Source of the DNA: Chloroflexota bacterium | GTDB lineage: Bacteria > Chloroflexota > Dehalococcoidia > Bin125 | Direction of reading: 5' to 3' | Length of the DNA stretch: 64,000 nt | Assembly: GCA_003228175.2 (NCBI GenBank) | Contig: QGNQ01000008.1 | Coordinates: 1,354 to 65,353, forward strand | Shown here: positions 36,826-45,393 of the stretch, one piece after another | Layout: every line of letters starts with the position of its first letter | How positions within the stretch are numbered: the stretch's first letter is position 1 | Notes under the pieces: model-generated | What the model saw: only the letters and a program-made list of their open reading frames with translations | What the model was told of the DNA's origin: nothing | Databases searched by the model: none | Made by a program: the position numbers and the translations under genes

Positions 36826-38226
36826 ATGAAGACCTACCACATCTGGACCGTCGGCTGTCAGGTGAACGTCGCCGACAGCGCCAAACTCGGCGCCGGCCTG
36901 CGACGCCTCGGCTGGCAGCCCACCGACCGCCCCCAGGACGCCGACTTCATCGTCGTCAACACCTGCGCCGTGCGACAGAACGCCGAGGACCGCGCGGCCG
37001 GCAAGCTCGCCAACTTGCGGCCGCTCAAACAACACAACCCAGACCTCAAGATCGCCGTCATGGGCTGCATGGTCGGCCCCAAGCACGACGCCCTGCGCGA
37101 GCGCTTCCCCTACGTCGACGCCTTCGCCCAGCCGCAGCACTTCGACGATGTCATCAGCGTCCTCGATCTGCCGCATGGGGCCGATCTCGGCGGCGAGTTC
37201 TGGCCCGCGATCGACCCGGAGAGCCCCGCCTCGGTCACCGCCTACGTGCCGGTCATTGAGGGCTGCGACAAGTTCTGCACCTACTGCATCGTCCCCCTCC
37301 GACGCGGGCGCGAACGCAGCCGCCCCATCGCCGAGGTCGTGCGCGAGGTGGAGGCGCACGTCGCGCGCGGAATCCGCGAAGTCACCTTGCTCGGCCAGAC
37401 CGTCGAGGCCTACGGCAAAGATCAGCCCGCCGTCGACTCGGCCACCGCGCACGCCGACCTCTCCGACCTCATGCGCGCGATCCACGGCATCCCCGATCTG
37501 CATCGGATTCGCGCCCTGACCTCCTACCCGCCCGACATGACGGACCGCATCCTGCAAGGCATGGCGGAGCTCCCCAAAGTCTGCGAGTTCTTCTCCCTGC
37601 CCGTGCAGTCCGGCGACGACGGCGTCCTCGACGCCATGCGCCGCGGCTACCCCACCGCCCTGTTCGAGGAGCGCGTCGCCAAGGTGCGCGCGCTCATGCC
37701 CCAGGTGGGCATCAGCACGGACGTCATCGTCGGCTTCCCCGGCGAGTCCAACGCCGCCTTCCACAAAACGCTCGACCTGCTCAAGCGTCTGCGCTTCGAC
37801 AAGGTCCACGTCGCGGCCTACAGCCCCCGCGCCGGCACCTACGCCGACCGCAAGCAGCCGGACGGCGTGCCGGACGACCTCAAGAAAGAACGCTTGCACG
37901 CCGTCGAGGAGATCCAGCGCGGCATCAGCCTGGAGATCAACGGCGCCCACTGGGCCCGCACCGTGGAAGTGCTCGTCGAGTCGCGCAAGCCCGGCGACGA
38001 CCCAGCCCCAGGCGGCACGACAACCGAGCGCCTCACCGGCCGCACCCGCAGCAACAAGCTCGTCCACTTCGACGCCCCCGCCGCACGCGTTCCCACCGGC
38101 GCCCTCGTCGATGTCCACATCACCCGCACCGGCGCCTGGTCTTTACAAGGCGAGTCCCTCCAAGGCGACCTGCTCGACGAAACGCAGCGCGCCCGTCAGA
38201 TCCCCGTCGTCGCGATGGACCGCTGA
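36826..38226 (+). CDS. miaB: tRNA-2-methylthio-N6-dimethylallyladenosine synthase
   Basis: TVGCQVNVADS..VVNTCAVR; radical-SAM CDKFCTYCIVP; C-terminal TRAM region. Confidence 0.88.
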   Translation: MKTYHIWTVGCQVNVADSAKLGAGLRRLGWQPTDRPQDADFIVVNTCAVRQNAEDRAAGKLANLRPLKQHNPDLKIAVMGCMVGPKHDALRERFPYVDAFAQPQHFDDVISVLDLPHGADLGGEFWPAIDPESPASVTAYVPVIEGCDKFCTYCIVPLRRGRERSRPIAEVVREVEAHVARGIREVTLLGQTVEAYGKDQPAVDSATAHADLSDLMRAIHGIPDLHRIRALTSYPPDMTDRILQGMAELPKVCEFFSLPVQSGDDGVLDAMRRGYPTALFEERVAKVRALMPQVGISTDVIVGFPGESNAAFHKTLDLLKRLRFDKVHVAAYSPRAGTYADRKQPDGVPDDLKKERLHAVEEIQRGISLEINGAHWARTVEVLVESRKPGDDPAPGGTTTERLTGRTRSNKLVHFDAPAARVPTGALVDVHITRTGAWSLQGESLQGDLLDETQRARQIPVVAMDR

Positions 38227-38229
38227 GTC

Positions 38230-38883
38230 GTGCCGCCGGACGGCCCCCCGCCCGACGTCGCCGTGCTGGTCGTGATCCTCACCGTCGTCGAGGGGGAGCT
38301 GCGCGTGCTCCTGATCCAGCGCTCCGCCCCGCCCGACGAAGGCGCCTGGGCCATCCCCGGCGGTGCCCTCATCACCAACGAATCCCTCGACGCCGCCGCC
38401 ACACGCAAACTGGCCGAGGAGACCGGCGTCCGCGACGTCTTCTTGGAGCAGCTCTACACCTTCTCCGACCTGGACGACTTCGCCCCCGCGGGGGCGGTCG
38501 CCGTGACCTACTTCGCGCTCGTCCGGCACGACGGCGTGCGCCTCGCCGAGCGCTCGGCCTGGGCGCCCGGCTGGTTCGCCGTCAACGCCCTGCCCGTCCT
38601 GGCATTCCACAACGAACGCGTGCTGGACCTCGCCCGGGTCCGGCTCACCAGCAAGCTTGAGTACACCAACGCCGCCTACAGCCTGCTGCCCGAGTTCTTC
38701 ACCATGAGCCAGTTGCAGGAGACCTACGAATCCATCATGGGGCGCAAACTGGACAAGCGGAACTTCCGCCGACGAGTACTCGCCTCCGACCTGTTGGTCG
38801 TCACACAGCAAACGGCCAAGGCAGGCCGGCACCGCCCGGCGCGGCTCTATCGCTTCGCCAGCCGCACCCCCGTCGAGCTCTAG
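38230..38883 (+). CDS. nrtR: Nudix-related transcriptional regulator (NrtR family: Nudix domain plus C-terminal winged HTH)
   Basis: WAIPGGALITNESLDAAATRKLAEETGV (Nudix box-like). C-terminal ..MGRKLDKRNFRRRVL..RPARLYRF (wHTH typical of NrtR). nadABC lies 1.5 kb downstream. Confidence 0.7.
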   Translation: MPPDGPPPDVAVLVVILTVVEGELRVLLIQRSAPPDEGAWAIPGGALITNESLDAAATRKLAEETGVRDVFLEQLYTFSDLDDFAPAGAVAVTYFALVRHDGVRLAERSAWAPGWFAVNALPVLAFHNERVLDLARVRLTSKLEYTNAAYSLLPEFFTMSQLQETYESIMGRKLDKRNFRRRVLASDLLVVTQQTAKAGRHRPARLYRFASRTPVEL

Positions 38884-39389
38884 GGGCCGAAATACGGGAC
38901 GGCCCGAGTGGGGTTGTCGTCGGCGCCCGGGGTCGGCCGGGTGGTGTTCACAACAATATCGCCGTCGGCCTCGACCTTCAGCGCGAAACTGTCTAGCGAG
39001 CGTGGGGCTGGCCCGAACACTCGTACTCCCGCCTTCGTGTAGGTCTCGCCGTGGCAGGGATTGCGAAACCAGCCACGCTCCCCTTCGAAGAAGAAGTCGG
39101 CACGCCAGACAACGGTGCAGCCGCGATGCGGGTCGCGCCATGACAGCGCCAGCAATCCCCCCTCACCCCCGATCCCGTGGAACTCGTGCGTCCCCTCCTC
39201 GGGCCACAAATGCACAAGGAAAAAGCGCCCCTCCGCCACGCGTACCGGATCATCACCGGCAGCCGGCACATCCTCTGCCGCAATCGTGATCAAGACGGGT
39301 TTGGGCGCAGCCTCCACGCTCGGCCAGGCGAACACCAGCAGCGCCCCGACCACTGACATGAGCCCCAGTCCCACCATCCCGAAGAACAT
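38880..39389 (-). CDS. Membrane-anchored Rieske-fold protein with both Cys cluster ligands substituted
   Basis: TM MFFGMVGLGLMSVVGALLVFAW; DPHRGC..(20 aa)..NPCHGETYTKAGVRVFGPAPRSL versus the canonical CxHxGC..CxCHG. Confidence 0.6.
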   Translation of the reverse strand: MFFGMVGLGLMSVVGALLVFAWPSVEAAPKPVLITIAAEDVPAAGDDPVRVAEGRFFLVHLWPEEGTHEFHGIGGEGGLLALSWRDPHRGCTVVWRADFFFEGERGWFRNPCHGETYTKAGVRVFGPAPRSLDSFALKVEADGDIVVNTTRPTPGADDNPTRAVPYFGP

Positions 39390-39566
39390 CGCGCGGCATC
39401 GCCCGCCGCCAGGATCGGCGTCTCCGTCGGCGCTGCGGAATCGCGCGAATGACCATGCGCTGATCATACGACAATGAAGCAAGCCGCACCTCCGCCGGCA
39501 TCGCCCGACGCCCGCATGACCCGATACCCTGGCGCAATCCAGCTATCAGCCCCTGAGGGAGAACCA

Positions 39567-40196
39567 ATGCCCGACCCGTCGACGACCAAAGCCGTCATCT
39601 TCGACGTCGGCGGCGTGCTCATCCACATGGACTGGAAGGCGTACGACCGCTTCGGCGTCGAGCACGGCCTGCCCCAGCGCGAATGGCTGCGCATCCTGCA
39701 CCAGACCGACGCCTTCGACGCCTGGCAGACCGGCGCCGGGACCGAAGCGGATTGGCACGCCTCCATCCTCAGCGGTCTGCGCGCCCACCTCGGCGATGGG
39801 GCGGAGGCCTTCCTGGACGCCTGGTGGCAACGACCGCCCGGCCGCCACGACCCCAATATCGATATGGCGCAGGCCCTCATCGACGCGGGCCACACCGTCG
39901 CCGTGCTCAGCAACGCCGGCCCCGACCTGCGCGCCCACATCGACAAAAACTTGGGCCGCAAGGTCGCCTGGCACGACATCATCGTCTCGGCCGAGGTCGG
40001 CCTGGCCAAGCCCGACCCGGCCATCTACCACCTCGTCATGGAGCGGCTCTCGCTCAGCCCTGAGCAGTGCTTCTTCATCGACGACATCCGGGTCAACGTC
40101 GCCGCCGCGCAAGAGGTCGGCTGGACCGCGCATCGCTTCAAGGGCGACTACGCCGCCCTCCAGGCCGACCTCCGTGCCCACGGCTACGACTGGTAG
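39567..40196 (+). CDS. HAD-superfamily hydrolase
   Basis: AVIFDVGGVL, VLSNAG, GLAKPDPAIY, FFIDDIRVNV; start at ATG 39567 with a GAGGGAG SD. Confidence 0.8.
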   Translation: MPDPSTTKAVIFDVGGVLIHMDWKAYDRFGVEHGLPQREWLRILHQTDAFDAWQTGAGTEADWHASILSGLRAHLGDGAEAFLDAWWQRPPGRHDPNIDMAQALIDAGHTVAVLSNAGPDLRAHIDKNLGRKVAWHDIIVSAEVGLAKPDPAIYHLVMERLSLSPEQCFFIDDIRVNVAAAQEVGWTAHRFKGDYAALQADLRAHGYDW

Positions 40197-40203
40197 CGCC
40201 AGA

Positions 40204-40283
40204 CCATCCACATTTGAACCCATCCACGAATCAGCCCGTCCACAAACGGGCGCATCCACAGGTGAGCCCATCCACAGATCAGT
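40204..40283. repeat. Five phased 16-bp units with a conserved 9-mer C(C/G)(A/G)TCCAC(A/G) and a variable 7-mer
   Basis: 9-mers start at 40204, 40220, 40236, 40252 and 40268 (exact 16-bp period): CCATCCACA, CCATCCACG, CCGTCCACA, GCATCCACA, CCATCCACA. Confidence 0.9.
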
Positions 40284-40305
40284 AAGTGTCACCTTGACAC
40301 TTACT
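40281..40305. promoter_or_regulatory. Perfect palindrome AGTAAGTGTCA-CCT-TGACACTTACT (candidate NrtR operator 1, overlaps the -35)
   Basis: 11-bp arms are exact reverse complements; core is GTGTCA-N3-TGACAC. Confidence 0.6.
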
Positions 40306-40323
40306 CAGGCCATCCCTGATAAT
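40294..40323 (+). promoter_or_regulatory. Candidate nadABC promoter TTGACA-N18-GATAAT
   Basis: TTGACA at 40294-40299 and GATAAT at 40318-40323; about 110 nt upstream of the nadA ATG. Confidence 0.5.
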
Positions 40324-40332
40324 GGCCATGCT

Positions 40333-40359
40333 GACTTCGTGTCATGATGACACGAAGTC
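40333..40359. promoter_or_regulatory. Perfect palindrome GACTTCGTGTCAT-G-ATGACACGAAGTC (candidate NrtR operator 2, just downstream of the -10)
   Basis: 13-bp arms are exact reverse complements; same GTGTCA-N3-TGACAC core as operator 1. Confidence 0.6.
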
Positions 40360-40431
40360 CGATCGGCCCTCCGTGACTGCGTACCCGTTGGCTGATCTCC
40401 GATAGCCACTCTCTTCCCGATCGGGGCCCTC

Positions 40432-41682
40432 ATGTCCTCTCTGCACCTCCCTCGCACGCCAGAATCCGCCGCCGCTCCACCGGTCGCGACGGAATACGTC
40501 GCGCCACGCCTGCCTGAAGACCTCCCCGACGCCTACTGCGAAGGCGACATCGCCACCATCCCCCTCGTGCAGGAGCCGCATCGCGCCTCCTGGCAGACCG
40601 AAATCCCCGAACGCTACCTCGCCATGGACGCCGACGAACTCGCCGACCGCATCCGCGGCGTCAAGGCCGCCCTCGGCGAGCGACTCCTCATCCTGGGCCA
40701 TCACTACCAGCGCGACGACGTGATCCGCTTCGCGGACTTCCGCGGCGACTCCTTCAAGCTCGCCCGCCAGGCCGCCGATCACTCCCAGGCCGACTTCATC
40801 CTCTTCTGTGGTGTGCACTTCATGGCCGAGAGCGCGGACATCCTCACCCGCCCCGATCAGGCCGTGATGCTGCCCAACCTCGCCGCCGGTTGCTCCATGG
40901 CTGACATGGCCCAGCCGCAGGATGTCTACGCCTCCTGGGACGAGCTCACCTCCGTCGTGCCCGCCGAGCGCACGATCCCGGTCACCTACATGAACTCCGA
41001 CGCCAAACTGAAGGCCTTCGTCGGTCGCAACGGCGGCGCCGTCTGCACCTCCTCCAACGCGACGGCCGTGCTGCAGTGGGCCTTCCAGCGCGGTGACCGC
41101 GTGCTCTTCTTCCCCGACCAGCACCTGGGCCGCAACACCGGCAAAAAGCTGGGCATCGACCCGCGTGACGCGATGGCTCTCTGGAACCCCGCCCAGCGCA
41201 TGGGCGGCCTCACCGCCGAGCAAATCGAGCGCAGCAAGATCCTGCTCTGGCAGGGCCACTGCTCCGTGCACGTGCGCTTCAAGGTCGATCAGATCGACAA
41301 GGCGCGGGCCCAACACCCCGGCTGCAAGGTCGTCGTCCACCCGGAGTGCACGGAGGCCGTCGTCGACGCCGCCGACGCCGACGGCTCCACGGAGTTCATC
41401 ATCAACTACGTCAAGAACGGACCGCCCGGCGTCTACGCCGTCGGCACCGAGATCAACCTCGTCCACCGCCTGCACGAAGAGGTCAAGGACCAGGGCAAGA
41501 CCGTCTTCTGCCTGGACCCCATCATCTGCCCCTGCGCCACGATGTACCGCATCCACCCCGCCTACCAAGCCTGGGTGCTGGAGGAGTTGGTCGCCGGCCG
41601 AATCGTCAACCAGATCCGCGTCGACGACGACACCCGCGAATGGGCCAACCTGGCCCTGCAGCGCATGCTGGAAATCGTCTAG
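40432..41682 (+). CDS. nadA: Quinolinate synthase (long form)
   Basis: ..LLILGHHYQRDDVI..FCGVHFMAESADIL..VHPEC..CPCATMYRI; 416 aa. Confidence 0.9.
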   Translation: MSSLHLPRTPESAAAPPVATEYVAPRLPEDLPDAYCEGDIATIPLVQEPHRASWQTEIPERYLAMDADELADRIRGVKAALGERLLILGHHYQRDDVIRFADFRGDSFKLARQAADHSQADFILFCGVHFMAESADILTRPDQAVMLPNLAAGCSMADMAQPQDVYASWDELTSVVPAERTIPVTYMNSDAKLKAFVGRNGGAVCTSSNATAVLQWAFQRGDRVLFFPDQHLGRNTGKKLGIDPRDAMALWNPAQRMGGLTAEQIERSKILLWQGHCSVHVRFKVDQIDKARAQHPGCKVVVHPECTEAVVDAADADGSTEFIINYVKNGPPGVYAVGTEINLVHRLHEEVKDQGKTVFCLDPIICPCATMYRIHPAYQAWVLEELVAGRIVNQIRVDDDTREWANLALQRMLEIV

Positions 41683-41704
41683 CCCCCATCGAGACCCCCG
41701 CCGC

Positions 41705-43234
41705 ATGAACTACGACTACCTCATCCTGGGCTCCGGCATCGCCGGGCTCTACGCCGCCCTGCTGGCCGCTCAACACGGTCGCACCGCCGTCGTCACCAAG
41801 GGCCCCATCGAAGAGTCCAACACCAAGTACGCCCAGGGCGGCATCGCCGCCGCCGTCGGACCGGGCGACAGCGTCACTGCCCACCGCAACGACACCCTCG
41901 CCGCCGGCGCCGGCCTCTGCGACCCCGCAGCCGTCGACGTACTCGTCCGCGAAGCCCCGGACCGCATTCGCCGCCTGACCGAGCTCGGCGTCCCCTTCGA
42001 CAGCGAAGAGGGTCAGGTCGCGCTCGGCCGCGAGGGCGCCCACTCGCGTGCCCGCATCCTGCACGCCGGCGGCGACCGCACCGGCGACGCCATCGAGACC
42101 GTCATGGTCCGTCGCGTCCGTGAGGCCGGCGTCGAGGTCTTCGACCGTCACGCCGTGACCGAGCTCCGCACCCGCGACGGTCGCGTCACCGGCGTCGAGG
42201 CGCTGGACCCCACCGGCCGGCCGGTCCTCTTCCAGGCCACTCGCACCATCCTCGCGACAGGCGGCGCCGGCCAGCTCTACACCCTGACCACCAACCCCAG
42301 CGTCGCCACCGGCGATGGCGTCGCGCTGGCCTGGCGGGCGGGCGCCGTCGTGCGCGACATGGAGTTCGTCCAGTTCCACCCCACCGCGCTGGCCCTGCCG
42401 GGTGTGCCCACCTTCCTGCTCACCGAGGCCCTCCGGGGCGAAGGTGCGATCCTGCGCACGCCTGCCGGCGCTGGTGGAGGCGGGCGCGCCTTCATGCCCA
42501 ACTACCACCCCCTGGGCGACCTCGCCCCGCGCGATGTCGTCGCCCGCGCGATCGCGACAGAGATGCGGCGCAGCGGCAGCGATCACGTGCTCCTAGATAT
42601 CACCCACGCCGATCCGGACTTCATCGCGGCCCGCTTCCCGGGCGTTCATCAGCACTGCCTGCGCTACGAGCTCGACATCACGCGCGCCCCCGCCCCAGTC
42701 GCTCCCGCCGCCCACTACTTCATGGGCGGCGTCTACACCGACCACTGGGGCCGCACCACCCTGCCCGGCCTCTACGCCTGCGGTGAGGTCGCCAGCACCG
42801 GCGTCCACGGCGCAAACCGGCTCGCGAGTAACTCGCTGCTGGAAACGGTCGTCTTCGCGCAGCGCGCCGTGGAAGCGTCGCAACGCGGCGACGCGCCCGC
42901 TGCGCCCCCCCCCGACACCACCCCCCTGGCCCTGCCGCGACTCACCGCCGCGCCGGACCGTGCCACGCTGCAATCCCTGCTCTGGTCGCAGGCCGGCATC
43001 GTCCGCGACCCCCAAGGCCTCGCCGACGCCGCCGCCACGATCGACGCCTGGGGGGCGCCCAGCGCCGGTGTCGAGGGCGCAACCCTCGCCAACATGGCCC
43101 TCGTCGGCCGGCTCATCGTCCAGGCCGCCTCGCGACGCACCGAGAGCCGCGGCGCGCACTACCGCAGCGACGCCCCCGAGTCCGACCCGAACTGGCGGCG
43201 ACACCTCAGCTTCGTCCGCCCCGATCCGCAGTGA
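41705..43234 (+). CDS. nadB: L-aspartate oxidase
   Basis: MNYDYLILGSGIAGLYAAL..YAQGGIAA..; ..VHGANRLASNSLLE..ESRGAHYR. Start at ATG 41705; the track ORF from 41093 is an over-extension. Confidence 0.9.
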   Translation: MNYDYLILGSGIAGLYAALLAAQHGRTAVVTKGPIEESNTKYAQGGIAAAVGPGDSVTAHRNDTLAAGAGLCDPAAVDVLVREAPDRIRRLTELGVPFDSEEGQVALGREGAHSRARILHAGGDRTGDAIETVMVRRVREAGVEVFDRHAVTELRTRDGRVTGVEALDPTGRPVLFQATRTILATGGAGQLYTLTTNPSVATGDGVALAWRAGAVVRDMEFVQFHPTALALPGVPTFLLTEALRGEGAILRTPAGAGGGGRAFMPNYHPLGDLAPRDVVARAIATEMRRSGSDHVLLDITHADPDFIAARFPGVHQHCLRYELDITRAPAPVAPAAHYFMGGVYTDHWGRTTLPGLYACGEVASTGVHGANRLASNSLLETVVFAQRAVEASQRGDAPAAPPPDTTPLALPRLTAAPDRATLQSLLWSQAGIVRDPQGLADAAATIDAWGAPSAGVEGATLANMALVGRLIVQAASRRTESRGAHYRSDAPESDPNWRRHLSFVRPDPQ

Positions 43235-44136
43235 CGCCACCGGCCATGGACCCCATCGCCCCGGCCCCGCTCGACCGCCTCACCATCCGCGGCCTCGTCC
43301 AGGCCGCCCTGGCGGAGGACGGCGCCGAGCAGGACCTGACCAGCAACGCGCTCGTCCCCGTGGACCAACAGGGACGGGGCGTCGTCGTTGCCAAATCGGA
43401 CGGCGTCGTCTGCGGACTGCAATTCGCGCTGGAGACCTTCTACGCCGTGGAGCCACGTGTGCGCTGGATGCCCGCCGTCAGTGAGGGATTGCGAGTCGCC
43501 TCCGGCGCCACCCTCGCGCATATCGACGGGCCCCTCCACGCCATCCTGCGCGGCGAGCGGGTCGCGCTCAACTACCTGCAGCGACTCTCCGGCATCGCCA
43601 CCCAGACCGCCGACTGCGTTCGCGCCACCGCCGGGACACACTGCCGCATCCTCGATACACGCAAGACCACCCCTGGGCTGCGCCCCGCGGAGCGCTACGC
43701 CGTCCGCGTTGGCGGCGGATACAACCATCGCAATGACCTGCGATCCGCGATCCTCGTCAAGGACAACCACATCGCTGCCGTGCGCGCCCGCGGCGGCAGC
43801 CTGGCCGAGGCCGTGCGGCTCGCGCACGACGCCGCCGGACCCGCCACGGCCGTGGAGGTGGAAGTGACATCGCTGCAGGAACTGCGCGAGGCGATCGCCG
43901 CCGGGGCCCGCGCCCTCTTGCTCGACAACTTCACGCCCCCCGCGCTCCACCCCGCAGTCGCCGAGGCGCAGCAGCACAGCGTCATCACCGAAGCCAGCGG
44001 CGGCATCACGCCGGACACCATCGCCGACTACGCCGCCAGCGGCGTGGATTTCATCTCGATCGGCGCACTCACCCACACCGTCACGCCCATGGACATCTCA
44101 CTGCAAGTCGTGCCGGAGCCACTCAGCTCCATCTAG
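43231..44136 (+). CDS. nadC: Nicotinate-nucleotide pyrophosphorylase (carboxylating)
   Basis: ..ERVALNYLQRLSGIAT..ILDTRKTTPGLR..YAVRVGGGYNHR..LLDNF; GTGA overlap with nadB. Confidence 0.9.
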   Translation: MTPPAMDPIAPAPLDRLTIRGLVQAALAEDGAEQDLTSNALVPVDQQGRGVVVAKSDGVVCGLQFALETFYAVEPRVRWMPAVSEGLRVASGATLAHIDGPLHAILRGERVALNYLQRLSGIATQTADCVRATAGTHCRILDTRKTTPGLRPAERYAVRVGGGYNHRNDLRSAILVKDNHIAAVRARGGSLAEAVRLAHDAAGPATAVEVEVTSLQELREAIAAGARALLLDNFTPPALHPAVAEAQQHSVITEASGGITPDTIADYAASGVDFISIGALTHTVTPMDISLQVVPEPLSSI

Positions 44137-44197
44137 CCCAGCACACGCCGCACGAGTCGCACAGACTCCGGCGTCGGCGGCCCCGTCCGGGCCCCGG

Positions 44198-44668
44198 CTA
44201 ACGCCCGCCCCGACGCCCGCGCTCCAGATCGGCCGAATCGATCACCAGCGTGACGGGCCCATCGTTGACCAGCTCCACCTCCATATGCGCGCCAAAGCGG
44301 CCACCCTCCACCGGCAGACCGGCCGCCCCCAACCGATCGGCGAATCGCTGCACCAGCGGCTCCGCCACCTCGGGCCGCGCCGCCCCCACGAACGACGGTC
44401 GCCGTCCCTTGCGCACGTCGGCGATCAGCGTGAACTGGCTCACGACCAGCACCGCGCCACCCACATCGGCCAGGGCCAGATTGAACTTGCCGTCCGCGTC
44501 CGAGAAGACCCGCAGCCCCGCAACCTTCGCCGCCATCGCATCGATCGTGGCTTCGTCATCGCCGTCGGCGATGCCTGTCAGCGCCAGGAAGCCGCCCCCA
44601 ATCGCGCCGACGATCTCCTCGTCAACACGCACCGAGGCGCGCTGGACGCGTTGCAGAACCACCCGCAT
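44198..44668 (-). CDS. dtd: D-aminoacyl-tRNA deacylase
   Basis: [37 protein letters not shown]. Confidence 0.9.
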   Translation of the reverse strand: MRVVLQRVQRASVRVDEEIVGAIGGGFLALTGIADGDDEATIDAMAAKVAGLRVFSDADGKFNLALADVGGAVLVVSQFTLIADVRKGRRPSFVGAARPEVAEPLVQRFADRLGAAGLPVEGGRFGAHMEVELVNDGPVTLVIDSADLERGRRGGR

Positions 44669-44707
44669 GCGCTGCTCACTGCCTCAACTCACCGCCGCAA
44701 GAGGCGA

Positions 44708-45064
44708 TCAGTCCTCCGACTTTGACTTCGACTTCGCTTTCGACTTGGCGGCCTGCTTGCCGCTGCCGGAGTCGCCGGAATCAGAATCGGACCCCGAATC
44801 GGATCCGGAATCCGAATCGGACCCGGACTCGCCCGCGTCCTCGCCCTGCTGGAGCGAGTCCGCGCCCTCGCGCAGACTGCGACGATTGTCCGTCGAATAC
44901 CACCCGGATCCCTTGAAGACGATCGCCGGCGACGCCGGCATCCGCTGCGAAACCGCCCGGCACTTGGGACACCGCTGCCTGGGCTTCGCGTCCCAACCCT
45001 CAAGCTTCTCGTAACTGTGCGCGCACTTCGTGCACTCGTAGACGTAACGGGGCAACGCTCGCAC
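44708..45064 (-). CDS. FmdB-family zinc-ribbon protein with Ser/Asp and Lys/Ser low-complexity tail
   Basis: YVYECTKCAHSYE..CPKC..FKGSGWY, then GSDSDSGSDSGSDSDSG..KSKAKSKSKS. Confidence 0.75.
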   Translation of the reverse strand: MRALPRYVYECTKCAHSYEKLEGWDAKPRQRCPKCRAVSQRMPASPAIVFKGSGWYSTDNRRSLREGADSLQQGEDAGESGSDSDSGSDSGSDSDSGDSGSGKQAAKSKAKSKSKSED

Positions 45065-45304
45065 TCCGATCGAATCTCACTCGCCCAACGCCCCAGCAGC
45101 CAGGGGCCGTCGAAGAACCGCGAATGACGGAACCACGGATAGAGCCTCAGAATAGCAGTCCAGCGCCGCAACGGACCCCTGCGCGACCGCTGCCGCCCAC
45201 CTGTGTGTCGCCGCCGCTGTCGTCCCTCCCGGCCAGGCGCGTATACTGCCTCCCGTCCTACAACCCGTGGCGCTAGCTCGCGGCATCGGCGTCGATGCCC
45301 CGAA

Positions 45305-45331
45305 TGACTGACAGGGTTCGCCCCTGTCAGT
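45305..45331 (+). promoter_or_regulatory. 11-bp perfect stem-loop in the rpsB 5' leader
   Basis: GACTGACAGGG-ttcgc-CCCTGTCAGTC, 63 nt upstream of the rpsB ATG; a TATACT -10-like hexamer lies about 60 nt further upstream. Confidence 0.35.
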
Positions 45332-45393
45332 CGCCAGCACCAGAGAGCATTCGATGTCCCCGCGACGCCGCCCAGGACATCAACCGGAGCAGC

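Noticed and set aside
40204-40283. CRISPR array.
   Set aside because: Units are 16 bp with 7-nt variable parts, far below CRISPR repeat and spacer sizes. No cas genes are present in the window.
44137-44197. Bidirectional terminator between the convergent nadC and dtd genes.
   Set aside because: Only a 5-bp GGCCC/GGGCC stem was found, which is too weak.
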